DNA of 64,000 nt from Camelus ferus (lineage: Eukaryota), in the NCBI RefSeq assembly GCF_009834535.1, contig NC_045696.1, positions 108,316,001-108,380,000 of the forward strand, given 5' to 3'. Shown here piece after piece: positions 13,520-26,797 of this stretch. The notes under the pieces are model-generated. The model did no database searches, was not told the DNA's origin, and was given only the letters and a program-made list of their open reading frames with translations. Position numbers and translations under genes: made by a program. Position 1 is the first letter of the stretch. Each line of letters begins with the position of its first letter.

Positions 13520-16300
13520 CTAAGTAAAACTTTTTTGAAGTATAACTTACAAAAGTATAGTAGGGAAAAACCATAAGAATACAGCTGGTCAATTTTTATA
13601 AAGTGAACACACACATATCTTCCACCATGATAAAAATAAACAATACCTGCACTCTAAAATCTTCTCTTGTGCTCTTCCCCATTTATTGAATATACATATC
13701 CATTTCTGTCATAGAAGTGACATTACCGGCATACGTATATTCAGCTTTAGTGATACTGACAAATATTTCTGCGAAATGGTTGTATCAATTTATACTTCCA
13801 ACAGTAGTTTGTGAGAGTTTCAGTTGCTCCACATCCTTGTCAACACTTGGCATTGTCAGTCCTTGTCATTTTAGACATTTCAGTAGGAATATGGTAGTAG
13901 CTCCTCGTGATCTCAATTTGCATTTTCCTACCCACTACTAATGCTGAACAACTTTCCATGTTTGTTAACCACTTGGATACTAACCATCCTGTTCAAGTTT
14001 GTGGTTACTTTTTGCTGGGTTGCCTGACTTAAAAAAAAAAATTACAGTCAGCTATTCGTATTCATGGGTTCCACATCTGCAGATTCAGCCAAATGTGGTG
14101 TGTGTGATATTATGTTTATGATCTACAGTTGGTTGTTATTTGTGAATGTGGAAACTGTTGGTATGGAGGGATGATTGTGGGACTTGAGAATCTGCCAATT
14201 TTGGTATCCCTGGTGGGTCCTGGAACCAATCTCTTCGAGATACAGAAGGATAACTGTGTTTTGTAAGTTATAGTAATAGATATCGGATAGAAACCATATA
14301 GTTACAGATATCATGTATGTGATATAATTACATGTATACTGTATATATGTGATATATTACAAAGATCAGATAAGTGTATTGAAAATATCTTCTCTTACTC
14401 TAGGGCTTGCTTTTCACACTGCAAAGCATGCACTTATTTATTTATTACTTATTTAAAGATTATTATTTATTTATTTAAGTGTGCCTTTAGATGAACAGAA
14501 GTATTTAATTTTAATGAGGTCAAATTTATTTATTTTTCATTTATGGTTAGTGTTTTTTTTGTGTGTCTTGTTTAGGAAGTATTTGCTTACCTCAAGGTTA
14601 TAAACATGCTCTCCTATGCTTTCTTCTCTAGAAGCTTTCTTTATTGTTTTGCCTTTCAGATTTAGGCCCATGATTCATTTGGAACTGATTTTTTTTTGTA
14701 AATGATGTGAATTTTTCCATCCAGTTCACCTGGTGACACTAATTTAAAAGATCACAATTTCCCCACAGAAACAATAGTCACACCTTTGTCATAAATTAGG
14801 TGACTAAATATGAATGAATCTATTTCTAGACTCTATTTTGTACCATTGATCCGTTTGTGTATACTGGTACCATTCCATGCTGTCTTAAACATGCTAGCTT
14901 TATGAAAATCTTTCTAGCTAGTGGTGGAAGGACTCCAACATTTTTGTTTGGGCTATTTCTGGTTCTTTGCATTTCTATATACATTTTAGATTCAACTTGT
15001 CAATTTCCACAAAAATGTATTTAAATTGTTCTTTTATATTAAACTCACCCAAAATGTACTTTTTTCAAGTCAATATTCATTTTGCCTTGCCTACGTATTT
15101 ATTCTTTTGAATCGTCATTCTTCTCTACTTTACCTGTTTCTATATGAGATAATTTTCCTTCCCCTGTAGAACTTTCTTTAGTATTTATTTCTTTTAATGT
15201 GAACCTCTTGATGACAAATTTACTGAATTTTTGCCTCCCTTAAATGATTATTTTGTTTCTTTTTTGAAAGTCATATTTATTTTGTATATAATTCTGGGTT
15301 GGAACTTAATTTCTTTCTTCACTGAAAGATGACATTTCATAGTCTTCCTCTTTCATCATTTCTTTTGAAAATAACCTTCCAGTTTTATTGGATCATTTTC
15401 TTCTAATTGATTTTCCAAATTTTCTTTTCACTTTGGTTTAAAGCAATTTTCCTATTTTGTGTATAAGCATGCTTTCATGTATGTTTAACCTGTGTGAGGT
15501 TTATAGAGATTCTTAAGTCAATGAATTGATGTCTTTTAACCAGTCTCGGCCATTTTCTCTTCAAATATTGCTTCAATCTCATTCTCTCTCTTTTGGGGTC
15601 TCAATTATACACATATTATGCCTTTTTAACTTGTCCTGTATATCTCACATACTCTTTTTTGTATGTACCATTCTTTTTTCTCTCTGTTTCAGTTTGTATA
15701 TTTTTATTGTTCCAAATCATTATTTCTTTCTTCTGTGGCATCTAATCTGCTGTCAAGGCCAAACATTTAATTCTTAATTTAAGTCACTGTATTTGTCAGT
15801 TGTAAAATTTCCTTTGATTCCTTTCTATAGATTCTGGTAAAATTCTCCTTTTTACATCTATTTTCTTGATCATATTAACATCAAGGATTATTTTAAAATC
15901 TGAATCTGATAATTTAAAAGTGTACATCTGTAGGTTTGTTTGTTTGTTTCTCTTGGTTTTGGTAATTTCATCCAACTCTTGTCATGTGTGGTTGTATTTT
16001 GTTGAATGCTAGACAATGTATGAAAAACACTGCTCTAATTTACAAATGAAAAAATGTAGCGATTCTGTTTGTTGTTATTTTCCTCCACAGAAGATTCCAT
16101 TTTCTTCTGCCCAGTAGTTAAGGGCAGATCACCTCTCTCTCATAATGGGTAAAAATGTTTTAAAACTTGACTTCATGCTTTGAGGGGCTCATCTATTCTC
16201 ATTTGCCTTTAATGCTAGGCAGAATATTTTAGAGGTCTCATGGAAAAATGCATTGTTTATAGGGCTTTTTCTCTTTGGTAGACACTAAACTGTGACATAA
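13520..16300 (-). mobile_element. Old L1M (L1MC/ME-like) fragments
   Basis: gttgctccacatccttgtcaacacttggcattgtcag; ttaattttaatgaggtcaaattta; ttagattcaacttgtcaatttccacaaaa; long T-rich decayed body. Confidence 0.75.
14045..14256. mobile_element. TcMar-Tigger MITE (MER2/Tigger3-like) inserted in L1M
   Basis: TA|cagtcagctattcgtattcatgggttcc ... ggaaccaatctcttcgagatacagaaggataactg|TG; degenerate terminal inverted repeats at a TA site. Confidence 0.75.
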
Positions 16301-17329
16301 ACTAGCACTAGTACACAAAATAGCATTTTGTGCTGTCCATCACAATGAGGGATGTTAGCTATCCTTCGGCCTCGACACTACGCACATTAACTCTTTTGAG
16401 AATGAATAACCAATTCCCTGGAAACTCACCTGCTAATGAACCTATGTTCACACATGGGAATTACATCCCCACCTTCACTGCCACAGAGTCTACTTCCTAT
16501 TCCCATCTCCTTCTACTTCTATGGAACTGTCCTTTCTACCTCCTTCAGGTACAGGATTCTCTCATTCTATCCCACTTCCATTTTATACATATCCCTGTCC
16601 TCTACGCCATGAATAGCTGAGGAATCCCACTTCATTTAGTCTCTCCTTGTGAGCATTAGTAGCATCAAGGAATCACTCAGAGTCTGTCTCCCAGATACAC
16701 AGTGAATTAGGCCAGGTCCTGGGGGCCTTCCATCCTATATGACTGTATACTACCAAGGATACATTTGTGATCACAGCAAAATTTGTTGTTATACACCCTC
16801 CTCCAAGAACTATTAGTACCATTCCCATATTTTCCATCATTCCACACATCTCTGGTTACAGCAGTCACTAGTGAAAATCAAGCCTACCCAGGGCACCCAT
16901 AATCTCCTATGATCTCATCTCTGGACTATTTTATACATCTCCCAATCAGGTTCCACTCCTCCTCCTCTTCCCTTATTCCTTCTCTGTGTCTCCTGGAATG
17001 CTCTGTGCAATTACAGTCTCCTGTATCCTCCTATATCAGTTATGATGTATCCCCTAATAGGTTGCTTTCTATTTTTTTCTTTATATTTTATCCATGCACT
17101 TATTTAATATATGCATGTGTATATATGTATATGCATATATGTTTGTATTTATAATTATGACCTTCATGTAGTTTTGAACCCTGCTTCTTTTACTTAACAC
17201 AGTATCAACACAGCATTATTAAAAGAGCAAAAACGTGAAAACAATACAAAGACCCAACAAAAGGGAATGGTTAAGTAAGTTATATACCACCTCTGTTATG
17301 AAGTCATTAAAAATACAATAATAATCGTA

Positions 17330-18815
17330 TTCATGCACCAAAGGACATAATATTGTTATGATGTCAATTATCCCCCAGTTGACCTATTGATTCAACACAA
17401 TCCCAGTCAAAATGCCAGCAGGCTTTTTTTGTTGAAATTGACAAGCTGATCCTAAAATTTATGTGTAAAGGCAAAGGACCTAAAATAATCAAAATGCTCT
17501 GAAAGGGAACACACTTGAAAGACTTACATTATTTGATTTCAAAGCTTGCTATAAAGCTACAGTAATCAAGACAGTGGGATATTATATAAGGATAAATATA
17601 CAGATCAGTGAAACATAAGATAGTCAAGAACGAATCCCACACATCTATAGTCAGTTGTCAACAAAGGTGCCAAGGTAATTCAATAGAGAAAGGATAGTCT
17701 CTTTAAATAAATAGTCTTGGAACAACTGGATATCCATGTGCAAAACAATACATCTTGACGCTTAACTCATACAATATATGAACATTAATTCAAGATGCAC
17801 CAGAGACCTGAATGTAAGAGCTAAAACCACAAAAATTTTAGAAGAAAAAAAGAGAAAAAGTCTGGGGTTACATTATGGCATAAAAAGCATGAATCAAAAT
17901 TTGATTGGATTTCCTGAACATTAGAAACATTTTTTTTCCTTGAAATTTGATGTTAAGAAAATGAATAGGCAAGCCATGAGACAGGAGAAAGTACTTGTCA
18001 AACTGGTACTTGATATCTGATAAAGTACATATATCTAGAATATAGAAAAAACTCTCACCGTTCAATAATAAGAAGACAAACAACCTAATTTAAGAATGGG
18101 CAAAATATATGAACAGATATTTCACCAAAAAAGCACATGAAAAGCATGTTAAACATAATTAGCAACTGAAAATTAAAACCACAGTGAGTTGTCGCTGCAC
18201 ACCTATGAGAACTGCTAAAATGAAGGGGACTGACCCTACCAAGGATTGATGAGGATACGGGGCAACTGGAACTCTCATGCGTTGCTGGGGGGGTTGCAAA
18301 ATAATACGGTCAGTTTGGAAAACAGTTTGGCAATTCCTTATGAAATTAAACAAACATTCACAGTATAACCCAGCAATCCCATTTCTAAGTATTTATCCAA
18401 AAGAAATGAAAACACGTATCCTTTTAAACTCTTTTATCTGAATAGACGACCTAAATGTCTTAACACCTAGCCATATAATGGAATTCTATTCAGCAATAGA
18501 AATGGACAAGCAATAACAGCTTGAATGAATCTCAAAAAGATTCCAGAAACCAGACACAAGAAAAAGATATAAAATGTGTGGTCCAACTTGTAGAAGACTA
18601 TAGGAAAAACAAAACTATGGTGACAGAAAGCAGATCAGAGGCTGGCAGGGGCTGGGGGCAAGGGAAGGTGACTATGAGGGGGTGATGCAGATATACTATA
18701 TTGTGATTGTGATGATGTTTATGTGACTCTATACATTTGCTAAAGTTGACTATCTCGTGCACTTAAAATTCATGAATTTTATGGGTTGTAAAGTATACTT
18801 TAATAAAGCTGATTA
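17330..18815 (+). mobile_element. Old L1M: ORF2 3' part and 3' UTR (decayed)
   Basis: attcaacacaatcccagtcaaaatgccagcagg..tttggaaaacagtttggcaattcc..aataaagctg. Confidence 0.85.
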
Positions 18816-19259
18816 AAATCTCAGAAGTATCTTAAAATCTATGGTCACAAACGTGAATTAGTAATATGGAAATCGCAGATTTTTGTGCTAGCCCTATTTC
18901 CTCTTTTGTGATCCGTCCATGCATATTAGTTTTACTTTTTTTAGGTGCAACTGTTGGTTTGCATGCCTCCTGCTGACTGTGGGTTCTTCAAGGCTGGATC
19001 TTTGTTCGTGTTTGTATTCTGCCAGGACCTAGCCAGGGCCTAACACAGAGTATGTGCTCTGTAAATGTTCCATCCATTCAATCAAAAAATACTTATTGCA
19101 ACAAATATTGAAAGATTCACAGTTCAATAATCGCTAAAGAACCTGACCTACATTGCTGCTCACCTCTTTCAGTCTGCTGGGAGCCTGTTCCTTGCAGATT
19201 CTGTTCTTGTCTTGGTTGGAAGCTGTAAGAATAAGAAATTTTATTTTATTTTACAAAAA

Positions 19260-19460
19260 ACTTATGTAGTGTCTGTTCTAGGGGTTTTAGAAATATTAAT
19301 TTAATCCTCACAAAAACCCTAAGGGGTAGGAAATATTATTCTTCCCATTTTATAGAAGAGGAAACTGAGGCACAGAGATGTTAAGAATGTGCCCTATTTG
19401 CACCTTGAGTAAGTGATGGAGCCAGGATTTGAATGTAGCTTCAAGGTCTGGGCTCTAACC
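19260..19460 (-). mobile_element. MIR SINE
   Basis: cccattttatagaagaggaaactgaggcacagag. Confidence 0.85.
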
Positions 19461-19989
19461 TACAACACTTGGGCATGGAATGAACCCATGTTGGTGAAGT
19501 TTGTCCTAGAGGAGACCCTCTGTGGACACACATCTGGCAGTGTCTGCTGTGGCCACCCCTTTACCTTACCCAGCTGCCCTCTGCCTTCTCTCTGGCCTCT
19601 GGCCCTCCCTTCTGTGGTCCAGCTCTCTGAGGGCTGACCCCTTCCAGGGGTTGGCTAGGGTCTGAGGCTTGGCATGTTCTCTGGCTTGGCCTTGGAACCC
19701 TGTCTGGGGATCTGCCTCAATGGATGGGCACAGCTAACCTTCCACAGACTGGCCATCTCCCAGGGTCTGTCCAGGAGTCTGGGGTCAGGCAGCTATTGCT
19801 GCCACTGACAGTCGGGGGCCTCACTACCTGCTACTACTGCAGGTCAGACCTCTGCTGGAGAAGGGAACAGCACTGGCTGGACTGATGCTGGGACTGTCGT
19901 CACAGTGACCAGAACAGCATCTCCTCCTCCCGCCACGCAGAACTCAGAGGACGGCTGGGCTGCTGCCTTCAGCATCTTGTGGATTTGGG

Positions 19990-20620
19990 AAGGCAATTAA
20001 GAGCTTGCTAGAAAGAACCTGTCTGTGGGAGGATAATGCAATGTTCAGGCTCTTCTTTTAGCCAAAGCTTTCATAGGCATTCAAAAGGAAACCCGGCCCC
20101 TTTCTCTCATTGCAAGCATCTGCCACCTCCCCGCTGCCCGACTCTGGAGTGTTTGTGTACTTGGGAGTGAGTGGATGTTGGCAGGAGGCTGGGATGTGGA
20201 GCCGACAATCTCCCAGGGTAATAATGGAGCAGGCAGATTCAACGACGCCCAATTCAAATTAGTCATGAGTGAATGCCGAATGGCCCGCGCTCCAGCGCTG
20301 GGGAATTCCTCCCGCCCTGCGAAGTAAAGTGTCTCAAACAACAGCTACGAGGGAATTGTGTGTTTCAAGTTGTGGGTGTGCTGATTTCTTAATTTTTTTT
20401 TCTAGAAAAGGATTATAGAAACGTAAAACAAAAATATTTCGACTTGAAAAATCCTTCGTAATTATATGTCATAAAATAATTAGGTCATGGCAAATTAGCA
20501 CAAATGTTTACAGCAAAATTGCCATGTAAAACATTATCGGTAATATTATGCTAATTGCTGCAGAAGCAAAAGCTGATTATGTTTCAGCAGGATGAAAATT
20601 TGCCACGTCTGCATTTCTCT
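19990..20620. promoter_or_regulatory. Candidate enhancer / conserved non-coding element
   Basis: No recognisable repeat and CpGs retained. Motifs: kB GGGGAATTCC 20300, Hox/Cdx GTCATAAAA 20468, RORE TAATTAGGTCA 20477, FOX TGTTTAC 20505, POU-like ATGCTAAT 20548. Confidence 0.5.
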
Positions 20621-20904
20621 CCAGCATCACCAGTTTTCCAAGAGGGCATCAAGCCTGTGATGACTGTAGGGGCTGGACTGCCCATCTTTGAGGCTCTGAA
20701 TCTGAAAAGGAATGTTTCTGAAGATCAAGCTAAGATCATCAGGGTAAGAGAGCATTCCTCAAAGTGTTCTTACCCTCCAGCAGAAACTCAGGAATGCTTG
20801 TACCCAGAATGATCCTTTTCGGAGGGGATGGGACAGAGACGGGGTATGCTGTGTGCTCTGAGGAGCAGAGAGGACATGCAATCAAGCTGCCATGGATCTC
20901 AGAG

Positions 20905-21060
20905 AGGGTCCTGTGGACTAGCCCGCACATGAGTCTGTTAAAATGTAGACTGTTTCAGCAGGTCTAGAGATGGGCCTGGGATTCTGTACTTCCAACGAGA
21001 TTCCAGGAAACGCCAGTGTGGCTGTTCCACTGACTGTATTTTGAGAAGCAAGGCCTTGGG
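20905..21060. mobile_element. MER5-like hAT MITE
   Basis: ctgttaaaatgtagact..caggtctagagatgggcctgggattctg..ttttgagaagcaagg. Confidence 0.65.
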
Positions 21061-21135
21061 GGACTTCTTGTCTACAGCTGCAAATTCAAATGTTTTGGGG
21101 GCTCTTGTAGGCAATGGAGAGTGCCAGTGATGGCA

Positions 21136-21812
21136 GTAAGACAGTTTGGGATGGCAGAACCAGTGATGGACTGGAGACGGCGAGCTGGTCCATTAAGGGT
21201 ATTCAAGAGTCATGGAAGTGTTACCAAGTCCAAACTCATTCTGCTTGCTGGGCAAGAGGCCAATAAATAGGGAGACGAAGTATTGGGGCAAGGAATAACA
21301 ACTTTATGCAGAAAGCCAGCAGACCAAGAAGATGACAGGCTAATACTAAGTCAGAATTTGGGCTCCTTTTATACTAAAATGGGGAGGGGGTTTTACTGGT
21401 TGTTGCAAATGTCTTAGTGTCAGAATTCTTTGTTCTTGCAGCTGTCCACAAAGGTCAGGTCATGGTGTTCCTGTAAACCTCCAACAAGACAAATGTTATT
21501 TTCTATTCTGCAACTTTTTATTTTTACTTGAACGGGAAAGTTTTATATATATATATACCCTTAAAGGTCAGAGCCTTGAGAATGGGCTGTCCTGTGTATT
21601 TCAGGCCATAGGCAACATTCTTTTATGAAAGGGGCAGAACCAGCACGACTAAGCCCAGGAAACAGAGCGCAGGGTGATAGCCAGAGGAACAGACCTAATA
21701 TGGAGTCAGATTTGTTCTTCCCTACCACAGCAAGATGGTTTGGGATGGCAGAACCCATGATGGACTGGAGAGGGAACGCTGGTCGATTAAGGGTATTCAA
21801 GGGCCATGGAAG
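21136..21812. repeat. 83-bp direct repeat (21136-21218 and 21730-21812) flanking the LTR
   Basis: Ungapped manual alignment gives 71/83 identities. Confidence 0.9.
21219..21729 (-). mobile_element. Solo ERV LTR (lineage-specific, ERV1-like)
   Basis: TG...CA termini; reverse-complement homolog of the LTR at 40887-41324; flanked by an 83-bp direct repeat. Confidence 0.85.
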
Positions 21813-22664
21813 GAAGAGAGGAGAAAGGAGACAGGAGAGAGGGATGGAGGAAGGGAGGGATGGAGGGATGAAGGGTGAGAGACTAGGCACGTACCACCCA
21901 CTAGCTGAGTCTATGAGTCTGAGACCAGGTGTAACCCAAGCCAATCCCAAGGGAACAGGCCTGGAGGAGCAGAAGGGACTTGCCTCAGGCCCACAGCTGG
22001 CTCGTGGGCAGCCAGGGCTCAGCTCCTCCTGCCTCCCTCTTGCCTCCTGCAAAGGCAGACTGCTGAACCCCAGGTGACTAGGGGACAAAGCCACCTTCAC
22101 CTGGGGGGTCCCCCCATCCCTGCTTTGTGCCCTCAAGGGGGCGAGGCCTTCTTGCTGCTAGTGCAACAGCACCTCAGTTTCATCCGGGAGGCTCCTGCTG
22201 CCCACGCCGCCGCAGGTCTGTTCACCTTCATCCAGACAGTGGGCAGAGTTCTGCCCTGTCTTGCTGCTCTGGCCTCCTTGAGGGGCTATGGGCCAGTCAC
22301 TTTCTCTGGGCCTCAGCTTGTCATCTGTGAAATGGAACCACATTAAACACCAGGACAGCAGTGTTGGGGAGAAGTGTCCTGACCCCCTAGGGATGGCGCC
22401 TGGTCACAGCTTCAGTATCAAGGGGGCCTCTCCCCGCTCTATCTGGGCGGGGGGTGTCCGGGGCTGCAAGGAAGCCTCCTTGCCTACAGGGGCAGGGCCC
22501 TGGGTTAGACCACATGTTGAGGCCTCCACATCGCAGCCACAGAATCTAGGATCCAATGTAATGCCCTGGACCCCTCAATTTATCACGCCTCCTAAAGTCT
22601 TGCCCTCAGACTCCACAGGACTTCATGGGTTAGTTTATGAGGCCTATTAATTCTCAAAATGGGG

Positions 22665-22870
22665 TTATACAAAATGGGGTGCCCACTCTGTGCCCAGGGC
22701 TAGGCTCAGGTCTCTATAGGGATGACATAATTTCATCCTCACAACAGGAGAGTCTCTAATTATCCCCATTTTACAGATGAGGAAACCAAGGCCTGGAGAG
22801 GTTAAGAAATTTGCTGAAAATCACACAGAGCTAGGGCTGCAATCCAGTGTCTCCAATTCTCAATCACGCC
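22665..22870 (-). mobile_element. MIR SINE
   Basis: attatccccattttacagatgaggaaaccaaggc..gaggttaag. Confidence 0.85.
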
Positions 22871-24798
22871 TGTGTCCCCACTAAAGCCTGCAGCTCCTTA
22901 ATCTTCGCACCATAAGTCTACAAGGCCTACAGGAGCAGGGGCTACTCTGCGTTTGTCCTTGGAGGCCCGGTGTCCTGTGGTGTGGTCCCAGGCACTAAGG
23001 ATTTGTTAACTTTGCACAGGCCTTCTTTCACATTGGGTTCCTTCTTTCTCCTAAAATGACTCCTAACATCTTGCAAAGGGCAGGTCTTTGTGAGAAGAGC
23101 TGTTTATTTTCCCCAGATCAGTGCCCTCAACACATGCTACTGTTCAGAGTTTCCAGAAGGGCCAAGGGCTTCTGGAGCTAGGCTTCTGTGCACCACCTCC
23201 CCTCATTTTTGCTTTTTGAGCATAAGATTCACAAAACATAGTCCAACAGCTTCACATGATTTCCTTCTGCTCAGATTCATAACCCTTTCCATTATGTTAT
23301 TTCTTTTTTATTATTTATTGTGTGCCCTGGGGAATTTTCATTTTAACCAAGACACTGGTTCAATTGCAAAATGGCAAAGAAGGATTTGTAAGGAGATCTG
23401 CGTGGGGAGCTTATTAAAACAAGTATTTAGGGGATGGTTTCGAAATAGGAAAGGGAAATCTCTTGGGAGCGGGGAGATTTTTTTCAGGAGTTGAGAGGAC
23501 GTATGGAATATCAGGAAAGGCAAAGAAGGAACAACAAAACAGAGAAGGAAAATACGGAAGAAATGGAGCAGATAGAAAAATAGGAGATAAATGGAGGAAA
23601 TGAATGTGACGAAGTCACGAACGGGAAAATAAACAAAAGTCCTCAAAGTGAAATATGACACATTTGCCTTCACTTGCTTGTTCCCACTCCATCCTACAAG
23701 CTCCCAGATGGGTTTAGGCTGCCAGCTGGGTTATTGGTTTTCTTGGAGGCACTATTGAAGTTCACAGCCCTGGGGAGGCACCCTCATCCTCACTGTACAA
23801 GTGCCCTGTCGATCGGGTACCTCAGGGACCTGAAGAAGCCTGCAGCCACCCTTCCAGAGTGGGGTCCTGGGGACCCCGCCAACTCTGGAGCCTGGCCAGG
23901 CAGCTCTGGAAGAAGAGCTGTGTCGTGTGGGCTTCACAGAGACCTCTCCTGGTCCTCCAGACCCCCCTCAAAGTCAGTGGTGCCTCCTGGAATTATGCCC
24001 CGTGGCTACCAGACTCCCTCCTCTCTGAGATGCTCCTGCTCCCCTCCTGTGCTGTGGCCCCTCCCCCCAGACCTCTGGGGGCCTCCACAGAGCATCTCAC
24101 TGTGCCTGCCTGACTTAGTGAATTACAGGGGTGCAGGCACGGGGCCCAGCGCACCCCTGCAGAGCCTTTCCCACCTGTGTGCTTAGGGAGAGATGTTCCA
24201 CACACGGAGCAGAAAAGCCTGTCTGCAAAGGCTCCAGGCTTTTGGATCTCATCAGCAAATCCGTGTTCAGAGGCCTGGGGTCAGGCTGCAGGGATGACAG
24301 CTGACCACACCACCTCCCGATGCAGCCAGACAGCAGCCGAACCCGAGAAAGCAGAAGGCAATTCGTTCTCCTCCGACCTCTGTTTCTGAACTGAGCACGG
24401 GAGGATTCTTAAATTCTTAGGCTTCCATGGAGAAATGCATTTGGCAATGAAGAGTCGTGGGAATTTGAGATGCACATTCTTATTATGCCATTTTAAGAGA
24501 GGATGCTGCCAACTGCCTTCTCCTTGCTTTTCCCAGCACTTACTGCCTTTGGAGCCTCAGATAACGGCTTCTCTAACACACACATACACATGTGCACACA
24601 TCTGCGTGCACACACCCACAACTCACAGCACACCACCATCCTCCCTAGGTGTTCCTCTCACTCGACTCTCAGTCCAGGAGCAGCCTGGGCTCCACTCCAG
24701 GGCAGGGTGGACTTCCCAAATGTGTGCCCAGTCTTCCAAGCCTGTGCCTTCACTTCCTGTGCCAGCCCAGGGGCAGGGTGGATGTGACATTGTTAACC

Positions 24799-25430
24799 TG
24801 TGGTGGAAAACATGATGGTCCCCCAAAGATGCCCACATCCTCATCTTCAGGATCTGTGCATATGTCACCTTACCTGGCAAAGGGGACTCTGCAGATGTGA
24901 TTAAAGTAAGGATCTTGAGATGTGGAGGTTATCCTCAATGAGCTGAGTGGATCCATTATAATCACAAGGGTCACCATAAGAGGGAGGCAGGAGGGTCAGA
25001 GTGAGAGAAGATAAGACAATGCAAGTGACGGTCAGAGCCATGCAGGACCACAAGCCAAGGAATTTGGGCTGCCTCTTGAAGCTGAAAAAGGCAGAGAAAG
25101 GATTCTCCCCAGAGCCTCCAGAAGGGATGCAGAACAGCTACTGACTCTGACTTTAGTCCAGTAAAACTCACTTTTGCATTCTGACCTCCAGAACCATAAG
25201 ATACTACATGTGTACTGTTTTAAGTCACTAAATTTGTGGGGATTTCTTTTAAATTAAAAAAATTTGTTTACATTTTAGGTTTCTTCTTTGGTGGGAGAGG
25301 TAATTAGTTTTATTTATTTATTTATCTTTAGAGGAGATACTGGAGATTGAACCCAAGACCTTGTGCTCTACCACTTGAGTTATATCGTCCCCTGAAAATC
25401 TGTTGTAGCAGTAATCATGATTTGTACACA
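24799..25430 (+). mobile_element. MaLR LTR (MLT1D-like) interrupted by a SINE
   Basis: tgtggtgg..ccccaaagatgcccacatcctc..ggcaaaggggactctgcagatgtgattaa..ctgacctccagaacc. Confidence 0.8.
25250..25392 (-). mobile_element. Camelid tRNA-Ala-derived SINE (Vic-1 type) with internal deletion
   Basis: gagaggtaattag..gaggagatactggagattgaacccaagaccttgtgc|tctaccacttgag; the anticodon arm is missing. Confidence 0.8.
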
Positions 25431-26667
25431 CCAGTACCACTTGGACTATGGCCCTTACGACAGGCACAGGGAAAAGCTCCTCTCCTGTCTCTGAGCTGGC
25501 AGCATGCGGCATCTGTGTCTGGCCACAGCATGCAGGCAGCAGTGAGGCAGGTAGGGATAGGTGGGGCTCAGTCATGAATCATGAGGTTCTAAGAGCTGGG
25601 GAGAGACTGGTTGTCAGGCTGTTGAACTGTGGCAGAAAACTAATGAGGTTTCAGATTGAAACCTTGCTGGATTTAGGATTCTAGGGAAACCAATTACTAA
25701 AGCCCTGAACCCAGAGAGTGAGCAGGCTGTGTAGGGAAGGTGAGAAAGAGCTGGTAGGGCAGACCTGCTAGTGGCAGAGAACACAGCCGAGGCAGGCAGG
25801 TTGGGGACTGGGGAAGGGAGAGTGGAGCTCTTTGAGACCTTCACTGCTTTACCTCTGAAGTTCCCAAGTCTGCCTGATGACCAGAATCCCCTGGGGTGCC
25901 TGATGAACATACAGGTTTGGGTCCCTGCCCCGGGGAGCTCAACCGTAGGGTAGTTGCAGTCATGTTTGTTGTGCTGGCTGTGGTATCTCGTGCCCTCCGA
26001 GCCCTGGCCATGTGCATGGCCATATCCACCCTGTGGCTGGTCCTGCCTCGGATTTCCATTCCGCCCTCCAGTCTTCCCACCCCAGCCCCGGGTGCCCCGC
26101 TGGGTAGCGTTCTGACTTGTCCACAAGATGTTTACTGGGTCACTGTCCTCGGGGTGGGCACTGTCTTCTCAAGCCCAGCTGGGCTTCACTCCTGTGTGGG
26201 TTTCTGACCTGGCGAGGTCACAGCCCATCGGCCAGTGAGCTCAGAGGGTCCGGACAGCTCCTGCTTCTACAGGTGTTCCACATGCTGACCACGCGGACTC
26301 AGAACCCCAGCCCTTTTCATTCTTTCTGTTCCTCCCCTCCCTTTTCAAACTGGACCCTAGACCTGGGGTAGCAGAACCATCTACCTCCAACGGATAAGGA
26401 CAACTGGGATCCTTGTACCATCCTCAGCCTTCACTGTACTGGTAGAAACTCTTCTATTTACTACCATTAAGAAATCATCTAGCTAGCTATTATGATTCTG
26501 TTTTCTCTATGCATCTATCTATCTACTATTTATTTGCTTTCTCTCTATCATCTATTTATTTACCTGTTTATTTAAATCTTAAACTTTGAGCTCAGGGAAG
26601 CATGTTAAAACAAGTTAAAATGGTTGGCTGTGTTGAAATCCAAGTCTTTAATGATTCTTAACTGTTT

Positions 26668-26797
26668 TTGGGGGCAGGGAAGAGGAGGCAAATAGGTCAT
26701 TTATTTAATTATCATTTTAATGGAGGTACGAGAGATTGAGCCCAAGACATCGTGCATGCTAAACATGTACTCTACCACTGCGCTGTACCCTGCCCCC
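26668..26797 (-). mobile_element. Camelid tRNA-Ala-derived SINE inserted in a MIR (MIR ~26610-27000, +)
   Basis: tggaggtacgagagattgagccc..catgctaaacatgtactctaccactg. ~20-bp TSD ttaat..ttctyaactgttt at 26648-26667 and 26798-26817. Confidence 0.85.

Noticed and set aside
21561..22136. Longest ORFs (191 aa minus, 150 aa plus)
   Set aside because: They run across the LTR end, the duplicated flank and a purine-rich low-complexity tract, with no recognisable domain.
23674..26207. 170-aa ORFs and a hydrophobic 103-aa ORF in GC-richer DNA
   Set aside because: Overlapping ORFs occur on both strands with Pro/Ser/Gly-rich composition, no family similarity and no exon chain. This is expected by chance.
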